Shown here: positions 55,472 through 64,000 of the stretch, in pieces
Position numbering within the stretch: position 1 is the stretch's first letter
Layout of the letters: each line of letters opens with the position of its first letter
Assembly (NCBI GenBank): GCA_022647725.1
Contig: JALCLG010000001.1
Location: 709-64,708 of the forward strand
Direction of reading: 5' to 3'
DNA from: Bacilli bacterium
GTDB taxonomy: Bacteria > Bacillota_I > Bacilli_A > RFN20 > CAG-288
Length of the DNA: 64,000 bases
Made by a program: the position numbers and the translations under genes
Notes under the pieces: model-generated
What the model saw: the letters and a program-made list of their open reading frames with translations, nothing else
What the model was told of the DNA's origin: nothing
Databases searched by the model: none

Positions 55472-57367
55472 AAGACAGATATTACCAGACCGGCGAAGTG
55501 TTCCAGCGTTATCCCACCCCCAAGGAGACTGCCCATAATATCGGCTCTTTCTTTAAAGTTTCCTGGCGTAAGGCCAACTTCATCTATATCAACCTTTTCA
55601 TCTTCCTGATCTACCTTTTCTCCTCCCTGTCGTCCTTCAACTGGAACCTGATGACCAACATCCTTTATTCCTCCGTCACCGTCGGCATCGTGGCTCTGGG
55701 CATGGGTCTTATCATCCTGACCGGTCAGATTGATCTCTCGGTTGGCTCGATCTTTGCCTTTGTCGCCGGTATCGCCGTCCTTACCTACAACGACGTCTTC
55801 GAGAAGACCGGCAATGCCGCCGAAGGGTTGGTGGTGACCTTGATTGTCTCCCTGGCCTTAGGCGCCTTCTTCGGTTTCGTCAACGGCTTTTTGATCGGCA
55901 AGGTCAAGATGCCCTCCTTCATTGTCACCTTGGCAACTATGCTGATTCTCCGTTCCCTGATTCAGTTCATTCTGTCGTCACTTCCGGGAAAACCATCCTT
56001 GTTCCGTGTGGATAAGTATGGCACCGAAGGGGATCCTTTCTTTACCTTAGGCAACTATCAGGTTGCCGGCATCTCCTTAGTCGGCATCCTCTTCCTCATC
56101 CTCGGCATCCTGATCTGGTTCATGGCCACCTATACCAAGTATGGCCGGAAGATCTATGCGGTCGGCTCCAACAGCAAGGCCGCCAGCCTCGTCGGCATCA
56201 ATACCGGCTGGCTGCAGGCTTCCATCTTCACCCTCGCCGGTGCCTTAGTCGGCTTCGGTGCCTTCCTGCAGTTAGGCATCCGCGGCAACGTTGATCCCGC
56301 CACGACCGGCAAGTCGTATGAGCTTTATTCCATTGCGGCCGTCGTCTTAGGCGGTGTCTCAATGACCGGCGGCAGCGGCAATCTCATTGGCATCCTCTTC
56401 GGTACTCTCGCCTTCCAGACGATTGATAAGATCATTGCAGCCCTGAAGCTGAATGCCTATCTCAACGATACGATCAAGGGCATCATTCTCATCATCGCGG
56501 TGCTGATCCAGGTGCTGAAGGTCTCCCCGGAAGACGTCAAGAAGCTCTTCGAACGTCTGGGCTGGCGCTATCAGCCGGATAAGGATCTGATTCTGGATGC
56601 CAAGATGAAGAACCAGATTGCCAAGATCCATAAGTCCTACCAGAAGAAGATCGATAAGATCAATGCCTCTCAGGATTCCGAGGAAGCCATCATCGCGGCC
56701 ATCAACAAGGCCTTAGACGAAGAAGATCAGAAGGTCGCTGACGTCACCAAGAATTACCAAGCGCAGATCGTCAAAGCCAAACGGCTGGCCGAGCTGCATG
56801 ACAATCAGGAAGAAAAAGGCAAGGCCATCGCTAAGCTCAGCCAGGAGAAAGCCAACGAAGAAGCCTTCCGTGATTTCCGTCTCCAGGGCGGCAAAGGCGA
56901 GCTTTCTTCCTTTGAGGAAGAAGAGACGATCCGGACCGACTGTGAAGCTGTCTGTTATCAGAAGAAGCAGGAGATTCTTGCTCTGGAAAGCGACCAGAGC
57001 GTCGCAAGAGCTCAGCAAGAAGCTTTGCTGAAAGATCCGGCCAGTCAGGACGAGGCCCAGAAGGAATTGGCTCGGCTGGATGAGGAAGCCAAAGCCAATC
57101 AGGCCAAGAAGGAAGCGTTGGAGAAGTCCCATCAGGAACAGTTAGCGTCCATCAAAGATGCCATTGCCAAGAAGAAGGCCAGCGGTGCCAAGCCGGGCCA
57201 GAAGCCTCTGATTCCGTTGAAGAACAAACCCGATAAGGCTGTCAAGGAAACCGCCAAGACCGTTGCCAAAAGATGACACGGCCGAGACCGCCCAGCAGGA
57301 AAAGCAGCGGAAACGGCTCGAAGCCATTCTGGCTAAACGGCAGCCGAAAAACGACGATTCCCATTAG
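55468..57367 (+). pseudogene. ABC sugar permease (RbsC-like) with a C-terminal coiled-coil extension of about 280 aa; apparent 1-nt frame break at an A4 run (57268-57271)
   Basis: The ORF track ends at 57276 (..TVAKR*). Removing one A continues ..AKDDTAETAQQEKQRKRLEAILAKRQPKNDDSH* to 57367. A terminator hairpin follows directly at about 57373-57405. Confidence 0.7.
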
Positions 57368-57454
57368 TTACAAGTGCCTCCCTTGCAAAGGGGAGGCATT
57401 TTAATGCTTTCTTCTCACCCTAAGCCTTGCTTGGTGCTATATTTTTAGTGTTGA

Positions 57455-58948
57455 ATGAAAACAAGGAAGGTAACTATGGCCTGCACAACACTCTTAGTCG
57501 GTAAGAACGCAAGTTATGACGGTTCGACTCTCATCGCCCGCAACGATGATTCCCCGTCCGGGAAGTTCCACGTCAAGAAGATGGTCTCGGTCGACCCCAA
57601 GGATCAGCCGCGGCATTATAAGTCCGTGCTGTCCCACGTCGAGATCGATCTTCCCGACAATCCGCTGCGCTATACGGCGATGCCCAATGTCGATAAAAGC
57701 GAAGGCATCTGGGCAGCCAGCGGCATCAATGAAGCCAATGTCTCGATGACGGCTACCGAGACGATCACGTCCAATCCGCGGGTCTTAGGCGCCGATCCGT
57801 ATGTCGAGTATCAGAAGGGTATCGGTGGCAAGCCGGAAGTCAAAGGCGGCATCGGCGAAGAAGAACTGGTCGTGCTGGTTCTTCCGTACATCCATTCCGC
57901 CCGGGAAGGCGTGCTCCGGCTGGGTGCGTTATTGACTCAGTTTGGCACCTATGAGCCTAACGGCATTGCCTTCTCCGATAAGGATGAGATCTGGTGGCTG
58001 GAGTCCATTGGCGGTCATCGCTGGATTGCCCGCCGGGTCAAGGATGACGAATATGTCGTGATGCCGAATCAGTTCGGCCTGGACCGCTTCGATTTTGCGG
58101 ATGCCTATGGTGCCAAGAAGGAGAATCTCTGCTCCGCTGACCTGAAAGAGTTCGTCGAGAAGAATCATCTTGCCTTAGACTTGAATGGCCGCTTCAATCC
58201 GCGTCTAGCTTTCGGGTCGCATAGCGATTCCGATCATGTCTATAACACCCCCAGAGCCTGGTTCATGCTCCGCTACTTCAATCCGCGGACCTATGTCTGG
58301 GATGGTCCGGAAGCGAAATACACGCCTCTTTCAGACGATCTGCCATGGTCTTTGGTTCCGGAAAGAAAGATTACGGTCGAGGATGTGAAGTACATTCTCG
58401 GTTCCCATTATCAGGGAACTGCCTATGATCCTTATGGCAAACTCCAGGCACCGGAAAAGGCCCTGTTCCGTCCGATTGGCATCAGCCGTACGGCGTTCTT
58501 ATCCGTCAGTCAGATCCGTCCTTACGTGGATAGCAAGTTTGCTGCCATCGAATGGGTTGCTTTTGCTTCCAATGTTTTCAATGCTCTGGTTCCGGTCTAT
58601 ACCAACGTCCGTAAGATTCCGGCCTTCTATGCGAATACCACGCTGACGGTCTCGACCGATAACCTCTATTGGTCCAGCCGGCTTTTAGGAGCCCTGGCCG
58701 ACAGCCACTACAATCGCTGTGCCCGGCTCATCGAACGCTACCAGAATGCTGTCAGCAATCAGAGCCATGCCCTGATTGATAGCTATGACCAGAAGCTAGC
58801 TACGGCCAAGGATGTCCAGACGGGACTTGAGGAAGCCAATGAGGCGATTGCCGCCATGGCCAAGAAGGAGACAGCCAAGGCTTTGGATCAGGTACTCTAT
58901 GAAGTCAGCTGCCAGATGAAGAACGGTTTCAACCTGTCCGACAACTGA
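57455..58948 (+). CDS. C69 family dipeptidase (PepD-like)
   Basis: MACTTLLVGKNASYDGSTLIARNDD carries the N-terminal nucleophile Cys. The true start may be the ATG at 57476. Confidence 0.85.
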   Translation: MKTRKVTMACTTLLVGKNASYDGSTLIARNDDSPSGKFHVKKMVSVDPKDQPRHYKSVLSHVEIDLPDNPLRYTAMPNVDKSEGIWAASGINEANVSMTATETITSNPRVLGADPYVEYQKGIGGKPEVKGGIGEEELVVLVLPYIHSAREGVLRLGALLTQFGTYEPNGIAFSDKDEIWWLESIGGHRWIARRVKDDEYVVMPNQFGLDRFDFADAYGAKKENLCSADLKEFVEKNHLALDLNGRFNPRLAFGSHSDSDHVYNTPRAWFMLRYFNPRTYVWDGPEAKYTPLSDDLPWSLVPERKITVEDVKYILGSHYQGTAYDPYGKLQAPEKALFRPIGISRTAFLSVSQIRPYVDSKFAAIEWVAFASNVFNALVPVYTNVRKIPAFYANTTLTVSTDNLYWSSRLLGALADSHYNRCARLIERYQNAVSNQSHALIDSYDQKLATAKDVQTGLEEANEAIAAMAKKETAKALDQVLYEVSCQMKNGFNLSDN

Positions 58949-58974
58949 TCCGAAACGCTTTTGGAAACGAAACT

Positions 58975-59012
58975 AGCCCTTGAACGGAACGCCGCTCAAG
59001 GACTTTTTTGAG
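58975..59012 (+). terminator. Intrinsic terminator
   Basis: CCTTGAACG / CGCTCAAGG stem (one mismatch) followed by TTTTTT. Confidence 0.5.
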
Positions 59013-59297
59013 ACTAAGCAATGAATAATTGAAAATTCAACAAATAATCCTTATATATTGCCTTTTAGGTAACCTCTTACAATTATAAGAGTTGAAAATG
59101 GTTTTATAACAAATCTTAATAGACTTTAAAGTCCTTAAAACTTCGGCAATTTATTTACATTTTTATAGCATTGTTAGTTTTTCCAATTTACATGAAAGGG
59201 CTTTTGTTATAAAATATGGTTATCTTTGGGAGCTTTAGCTGAGGAAAGAACTTCGGCTTCCTTAAGACATTGACACCATTGATAGGAGGATCATCAA

Positions 59298-60752
59298 ATG
59301 ACAATGGCAAAGAAGACGTCGAGATCATTCGTATTAGCTGCAGTCGCCTGCATGGCGCTTACTGGTTGCAACAAGACAACGAGCACCGCTACGAGCACCG
59401 GGACTTCTACCGGCGGTTCCACTGCTACCAGCACCGCTTCTACAAGTACTGCGCCGGCAACTGGCGTCCAGGCTGTCATCAATCAGGCACACACCATGGA
59501 TTGGACGGATGTCTATAAGAAGGCTATGGATGAAATTGATGGACAGAAGATGTATGCGACGGGCAACTCTTCTCGTGGTGGTACGGCCTTAGAGAGATTC
59601 CTTCATTGCTTACAGGGCCAGGAACCGAATGGTACCTCTACCGATGGCAAGACGCTACTTTGGAAAGACAAGACCGACTATGCCGTCTTCAAAACCTACA
59701 AGCCGAATTTCACCTTCACGTATGATTGGTCCGATAAGACCGGTGGCACCATTTATGATTATGTCGATGGTGATATCACGGGTGCCAAGAACCTCGATAT
59801 GTGCATGATTCAGAACGCCAGTGATCTCCAGTCTAAGGAAATCGAGACGGGCAACCTTCTGAACTATGTTCCAAAGGAATATGTCAATACGGCGGATCCG
59901 ACTAACGTTTCGCCTCTCGGTATGGAAAACGTTGCCAAGGTCTTCATGTATAACAACAAAGGCACGAAGAAATTCTCCAATATGTGGGATACCGTCGGTG
60001 ATGGCATCCATCCGCAGGTTATGGATATCACCAACGAAACTGTCGGCAGAAACTTCCTGGTCATGCTGACCAATGAGACCTATTCTGCCAAGGTCAAGGC
60101 TGCTTATGATGCTTTAACCGATAAGACCTATGCTGATACGGCTATCAAGTACATCACCGATAACAACATTGCTACCAAGTATGGCATCACCGGCGATAAC
60201 GCTAAGTATGCTCTTGCCTGGGATTACCTCTTCCTCAAGCAGTACACCCATATGAGTGATGATGGTGATACAGTCGCTAACCTTGCGGCTGCTGCCAATA
60301 CGGATCAGCTCGGCTTACTGGTCTATTCCAAGTTAAGAAAGATCAAGGAGACGACCGGTGTCAGTGTCGCCAATGTTGATCTGCAGGCTTACAACAGTGA
60401 CTTTGCCGGTATCGGCGGTTATTCTTATAAGCATTACCTTCAGGTCTTCAAGACTGCGCCGCATCCGTGGACTGCCTGTGCTCTGATTCACTACATGAGC
60501 TGCAACAAGGATGGCTTCTATGCCTGGGGCAAGGATCTTGGTTCTTATCCGACCAATGAATCCACGGGCGTTGACCATACCAAAGATGGTCAGAACATCA
60601 AAGGAGCCGATGGAAATCTTCTCCCGGATGTTAAGACCTGCGATGATAAGGGCTGGTCTTGGTGGAAAGATAAGCTGGTCCAAGAGGATCCTGTCTATGC
60701 TTCCAAGCATGCCAAGCTGACTGTTTGGTTCACTTCTGTCACCAACGGTTAA
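59298..60752 (+). CDS. ABC transporter substrate-binding lipoprotein
   Basis: GGAGG RBS. The signal with lipobox reads AAVACMALTGC, followed by a T/S/G-rich linker. Confidence 0.75.
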   Translation: MTMAKKTSRSFVLAAVACMALTGCNKTTSTATSTGTSTGGSTATSTASTSTAPATGVQAVINQAHTMDWTDVYKKAMDEIDGQKMYATGNSSRGGTALERFLHCLQGQEPNGTSTDGKTLLWKDKTDYAVFKTYKPNFTFTYDWSDKTGGTIYDYVDGDITGAKNLDMCMIQNASDLQSKEIETGNLLNYVPKEYVNTADPTNVSPLGMENVAKVFMYNNKGTKKFSNMWDTVGDGIHPQVMDITNETVGRNFLVMLTNETYSAKVKAAYDALTDKTYADTAIKYITDNNIATKYGITGDNAKYALAWDYLFLKQYTHMSDDGDTVANLAAAANTDQLGLLVYSKLRKIKETTGVSVANVDLQAYNSDFAGIGGYSYKHYLQVFKTAPHPWTACALIHYMSCNKDGFYAWGKDLGSYPTNESTGVDHTKDGQNIKGADGNLLPDVKTCDDKGWSWWKDKLVQEDPVYASKHAKLTVWFTSVTNG

Positions 60753-60843
60753 CTATTGAGGAATTCTTTCCTATATTGTCCTGATCAAGTAGCGAGGTGA
60801 GTTTTGCTCACCCCGCTACTCTTTGTTAAAAGGGGAGGAAAAA

Positions 60844-62679
60844 ATGGACACTGCTCAAGCGGTCAATTCTGACCAAAAAGGCAGTTCATGGGCTCGTTTT
60901 TCTAATGGTCTTCGTACCTATCTTCGCAAGCCCGAGAACATCATTTTATTGGTCTGCGGCATTATGTTGACGGTGATGATTCTGGCGCCGACGATTACGT
61001 TGTTTACGGATTCTTTCGTCATCCATACCGGTAATGAATCCCTTATATCCGAACTCAAACCGGGCACGGTTACTACCTATTCCTGGCATTATGCTTTTGC
61101 CGATATGCTGAGTGAAGGTGAATTCTACAAACCCTTAGGACGTTCCCTTTTGGTGGGCGTCATTGCCTGTGCCTTTGCTTTGGCTTTCGGTGGCATCACG
61201 GCCTGGCTTGTAACCCGGACCAATATGCCCTGCAAGAAATACATTTCCACTATTTTCATCTTCCCTTATATCATGCCGCAATGGACATTGGCTACCATTT
61301 GGAAGTACCTTTTTTGGTCCAAGCAAGTTGATAGTACTGCCAATGGCATTTTAGCCAATTGGGGAATACTAACACCCAAATGGTTCAATGAAGGCCTCTT
61401 CCCGACGGCTTTGATTCTCGGCATTCATTACGCTGCCTTTGCTTACATCATGATTGGTACCGTGTTCAAGAACATGGATTCCAACCTCGAAGAGGCTGCC
61501 ACGATTCTTAACACACCGAAATGGAAGATTTTCCTGAAGATCACGATTCCGATGATCACCCCTGCCATTCTCTCTACCATCCTTCTAGTCTTCTCTAATG
61601 CCATCGGTTCTTATCCTGTTCCTTATTATCTCCACTATCCGGATTTAGCTGTTAAGTATTTAGAAAACTTACATGATGCTCCTGGCTTTACTTCCATCAT
61701 CGCTATGGTCATGTCAGCCATTGGTCTTGTGATTCTTTACCTCAACGTCCTTTCCAGCAAGAGCCGTAAACAATATACGACCGTCACAGGCAAAGCTGGT
61801 CAGGTTGAGCCGACCAAACTTGGCAAGGTCAACCGTTGGATCGTTGCCGGCATCCTCATCATTGCCACAGCTTTCACTGCCATCTATCCAGTCATTGCCT
61901 TCGCCATACAGACCTTCTTACCCAATCCGAATGACTTCTCGAGCGGTCTGACTACTCTTTGGTGGACCAACAGAGATATCGGAAACAGCAAGGTTATGAA
62001 TGAGATGGGTATTCTTTACAACACTCATATTTGGGAAGCTTTCGGGAATACCATCAAGACAGGCCTTCTCTGCTCTTTGTTTGCCGGTACCATTGGCATG
62101 CTGGTCGGTTATGCGGTCAGCAAGCAACGGAAATCCAACTGGGCACAGTACGTCAATGCCATGGCCTTCTTACCGTATCTGATTCCATCCTTGAGCGTCG
62201 GTGCTGCCTATTATGTCTTAGGCGGCAAGATGCAGATCAGCGGTACGCTCTTATTGATGGTGCTGGTCGGTACGCTCAAATACATTCCTTTCTCCAGCCG
62301 TGCCTCCCTCAACGCCATGTCCCAGCTTTCCGGAGAAATCGAGGAAGCGGCGGTCATTCAGAATGCCAACTGGTTCAAGCGGATGTGGAAGATCATCATC
62401 CCAATCCAAAAATCCTCTTTCATTTCCGGCTATTCCTTACCGTTCATCACCTGCACACGTGAGTATTCTCTGTTCGTCATGTTAGCCACCAACGATGCCT
62501 GTCTCTTAACCATCCAGCTGAAACATTTCGATGATATCGGCTTGCCGGCCATGTCTTCTGCCTGCAACTTGATCATCATTTTCTTCGTCCTCTTAGCCAA
62601 TCTTTTGGTACAGTTCCTGACGGGTTCCCGCCTGGATGGCGGTGTCAGTGGAGGTAACAGCAAAAAGAAACATGCCTGA
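60844..62679 (+). CDS. ABC transporter permease with two fused MetI-like domains (iron(III)/thiamine-type architecture)
   Basis: GGGGAGGA RBS. About 12 TM segments lie in two repeats. Confidence 0.8.
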   Translation: MDTAQAVNSDQKGSSWARFSNGLRTYLRKPENIILLVCGIMLTVMILAPTITLFTDSFVIHTGNESLISELKPGTVTTYSWHYAFADMLSEGEFYKPLGRSLLVGVIACAFALAFGGITAWLVTRTNMPCKKYISTIFIFPYIMPQWTLATIWKYLFWSKQVDSTANGILANWGILTPKWFNEGLFPTALILGIHYAAFAYIMIGTVFKNMDSNLEEAATILNTPKWKIFLKITIPMITPAILSTILLVFSNAIGSYPVPYYLHYPDLAVKYLENLHDAPGFTSIIAMVMSAIGLVILYLNVLSSKSRKQYTTVTGKAGQVEPTKLGKVNRWIVAGILIIATAFTAIYPVIAFAIQTFLPNPNDFSSGLTTLWWTNRDIGNSKVMNEMGILYNTHIWEAFGNTIKTGLLCSLFAGTIGMLVGYAVSKQRKSNWAQYVNAMAFLPYLIPSLSVGAAYYVLGGKMQISGTLLLMVLVGTLKYIPFSSRASLNAMSQLSGEIEEAAVIQNANWFKRMWKIIIPIQKSSFISGYSLPFITCTREYSLFVMLATNDACLLTIQLKHFDDIGLPAMSSACNLIIIFFVLLANLLVQFLTGSRLDGGVSGGNSKKKHA

Positions 62680-64000
62680 AATCAAATTAACCAATGTCGT
62701 GAAGCGCTGGGGTGACTTCTATGGAACGGATCATGTCAATCTGGATATTCCAGACAAATCTTTCGTTACCTTGCTCGGTCCGTCGGGCTGCGGCAAGACC
62801 ACGATTCTGAGAATGATTGCCGGTTTGGAGACTCCGACCAGCGGTGAAATCAAGATCGGCGATGAGATTGTCTTCAATGATCAGCTGGGCATCAATGTTC
62901 CTCCGAACAAGAGAAACGTCGGATTCCTGTTCCAGAACTACGCTCTCTGGCCGAATATGACTGTCTACGAAAACATTTCCTTCGGTCTCAAGAACATCGA
63001 TAAGGAAATGCCGACTTTTGATGATAGTTTCCGGACCCGCAAGCAGATCATTGAAGTCCTTTCCAAAAAGCTGGACCGGGTCATCTACTTCCTTAAGGAT
63101 TCCTTGGATAAAAAGGGTGGTGTGAATGCCGATGTTGCTCTCATCAAGCTGATTGACAACTTCACCTTATCGCTCTATTCGGCCAAGGAAATCTTTGCCT
63201 TGAAGCTGGAAGAAGGCGATGCCCAAGGAAAAGCCAACAATGAGATTAAGGAATGCCAGGATCAGTTAGCGAAGATTCAGGAAGGCTATTCCAAGAAGGG
63301 TCTGAGTTTGGATGAGGAAGGTCATGTCCTGAAGGATGGCAAGATTCAGTCGTCCAAACGTCATCTCAGCAAGGAAGAAATCGATTTGGAGGTCCGCCGT
63401 GTCGGCCGGATCGTCAAGGTCGAGGAATTCATGAACCGTTATCCCAACGAACTTTCCGGCGGTCAGCAGCAGCGTGTTGCCATCGCCCGTACCTTGGCTC
63501 CGCGTCCGAACGTCATCTTCATGGATGAGCCGCTTTCCAACCTCGATGCCAAGCTCCGTCTCGAAATGAGAGGTGAACTGAAACGTCTGCATGTCGATAC
63601 CGGTGCCACCTTCGTTTACGTCACCCATGATCAGCTGGAAGCCATGACGCTTGCCACTCGTATTTGCCTGGTCAACAACGGTGTTCTGCAGCAATATGAT
63701 CCGCCGCTCACCGTCTATTCCCGTCCGAGCAATCTCTTCGTTGCTGACTTCGTCGGCAATCCGGCCATGACCTTGGTGGAAACCAAAGTCAGTCAGAATC
63801 CGGATGGAACGCTTCATTGCCGTTTCTTCGATTCGATTGAAGCAACCTACAAGCCGGAAAAGCCTCTTACCTTAGAGGATATCCGCAAGGCCCGTGATGC
63901 CGAAAAGGCCAAGAAGCAGTCCGAAAATGATGCCAATCGCAGCCAGAAGGGCTTTGTGGAAAAGGTCAACAAGGATTCCTTCTTCAATTACAAGATCGTC
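62672..64000 (+). CDS. ABC transporter ATP-binding protein (PotA/MalK-like), 3' end outside the window, with a large helical-domain insertion
   Basis: The ATG overlaps the permease stop. GPSGCGKTT, FQNYALWP, LSGGQQQRVAIAR and IFMDEPLSNLD motifs are present. The ORF is not in the ORF track because no stop falls in the window. Confidence 0.85.
   Translation, partial: MPEIKLTNVVKRWGDFYGTDHVNLDIPDKSFVTLLGPSGCGKTTILRMIAGLETPTSGEIKIGDEIVFNDQLGINVPPNKRNVGFLFQNYALWPNMTVYENISFGLKNIDKEMPTFDDSFRTRKQIIEVLSKKLDRVIYFLKDSLDKKGGVNADVALIKLIDNFTLSLYSAKEIFALKLEEGDAQGKANNEIKECQDQLAKIQEGYSKKGLSLDEEGHVLKDGKIQSSKRHLSKEEIDLEVRRVGRIVKVEEFMNRYPNELSGGQQQRVAIARTLAPRPNVIFMDEPLSNLDAKLRLEMRGELKRLHVDTGATFVYVTHDQLEAMTLATRICLVNNGVLQQYDPPLTVYSRPSNLFVADFVGNPAMTLVETKVSQNPDGTLHCRFFDSIEATYKPEKPLTLEDIRKARDAEKAKKQSENDANRSQKGFVEKVNKDSFFNYKIV

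Overview
The window appears to come from a mid-GC (about 48-50%) Bacillota-like chromosome, judging by strong GGAGG ribosome-binding sites, encoded CCA, many lipoproteins with S/T/A/P-rich linkers and extended -10 promoters. It splits into two parts.

(1) Positions 1 to about 12765 are accessory DNA, read here as a tandem array of integrative-element segments. Each segment ends in the same 53-nt + strand copy of the 3' half of a class II tRNA-Leu(UAG)-like gene (6294-6346, 10810-10862, 12675-12727). Each copy has its own intrinsic terminator, and none has a tRNA 5' half.
- Element A (partial, left edge cut) carries high-GC cargo, an excisionase-type HTH gene, an intact tyrosine integrase and a DUF262/DUF1524 (GmrSD-like) gene.
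- Element B is a remnant with a 74-codon integrase tail, a decayed alpha/beta hydrolase, a membrane protein, a TetR gene and an XRE/small-membrane-protein pair.
- Element C carries only an AAA ATPase with a PD-(D/E)xK-like tail.
- A conserved arm of about 380-425 bp precedes the att core in A and B. It holds helically phased 11-bp iterons, inverted GCGGAC motifs and an internal near-consensus promoter. It is the most unusual non-coding structure in the window. It may be only an attR arm, or it may also encode a chimeric RNA ending in the tRNA-like half.

(2) Positions 12766-64000 look like core chromosome:
- three S41 peptidase lipoprotein paralogs;
- an HxlR pair and an orphan ABC ATPase;
- an AraC-controlled sugar cluster (FGGY kinase-AraD fusion, XylB, DUF4867-like, FucI-like isomerase);
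- three tandem small lipoproteins;
- a solitary HipA-like kinase, plus HIT, MFS and a pfkA-ppx-ppk1 operon;
- GNAT, nitroreductase and membrane-tethered XRE regulators;
- a LacI-controlled TIM-barrel/Gfo-Idh-MocA/ABC cluster;
- a C69 dipeptidase and a second ABC importer that runs off the right edge.

At least eight genes are broken by single-nucleotide indels; seven of these sit in runs of two or more identical bases and one is at a single G. This suggests assembly error more than biology; a decayed hydrolase in element B also carries an in-frame TAG. No rRNA, intact tRNA or CRISPR array was seen. All product names come from motif and architecture recognition by eye, because no database search was possible.
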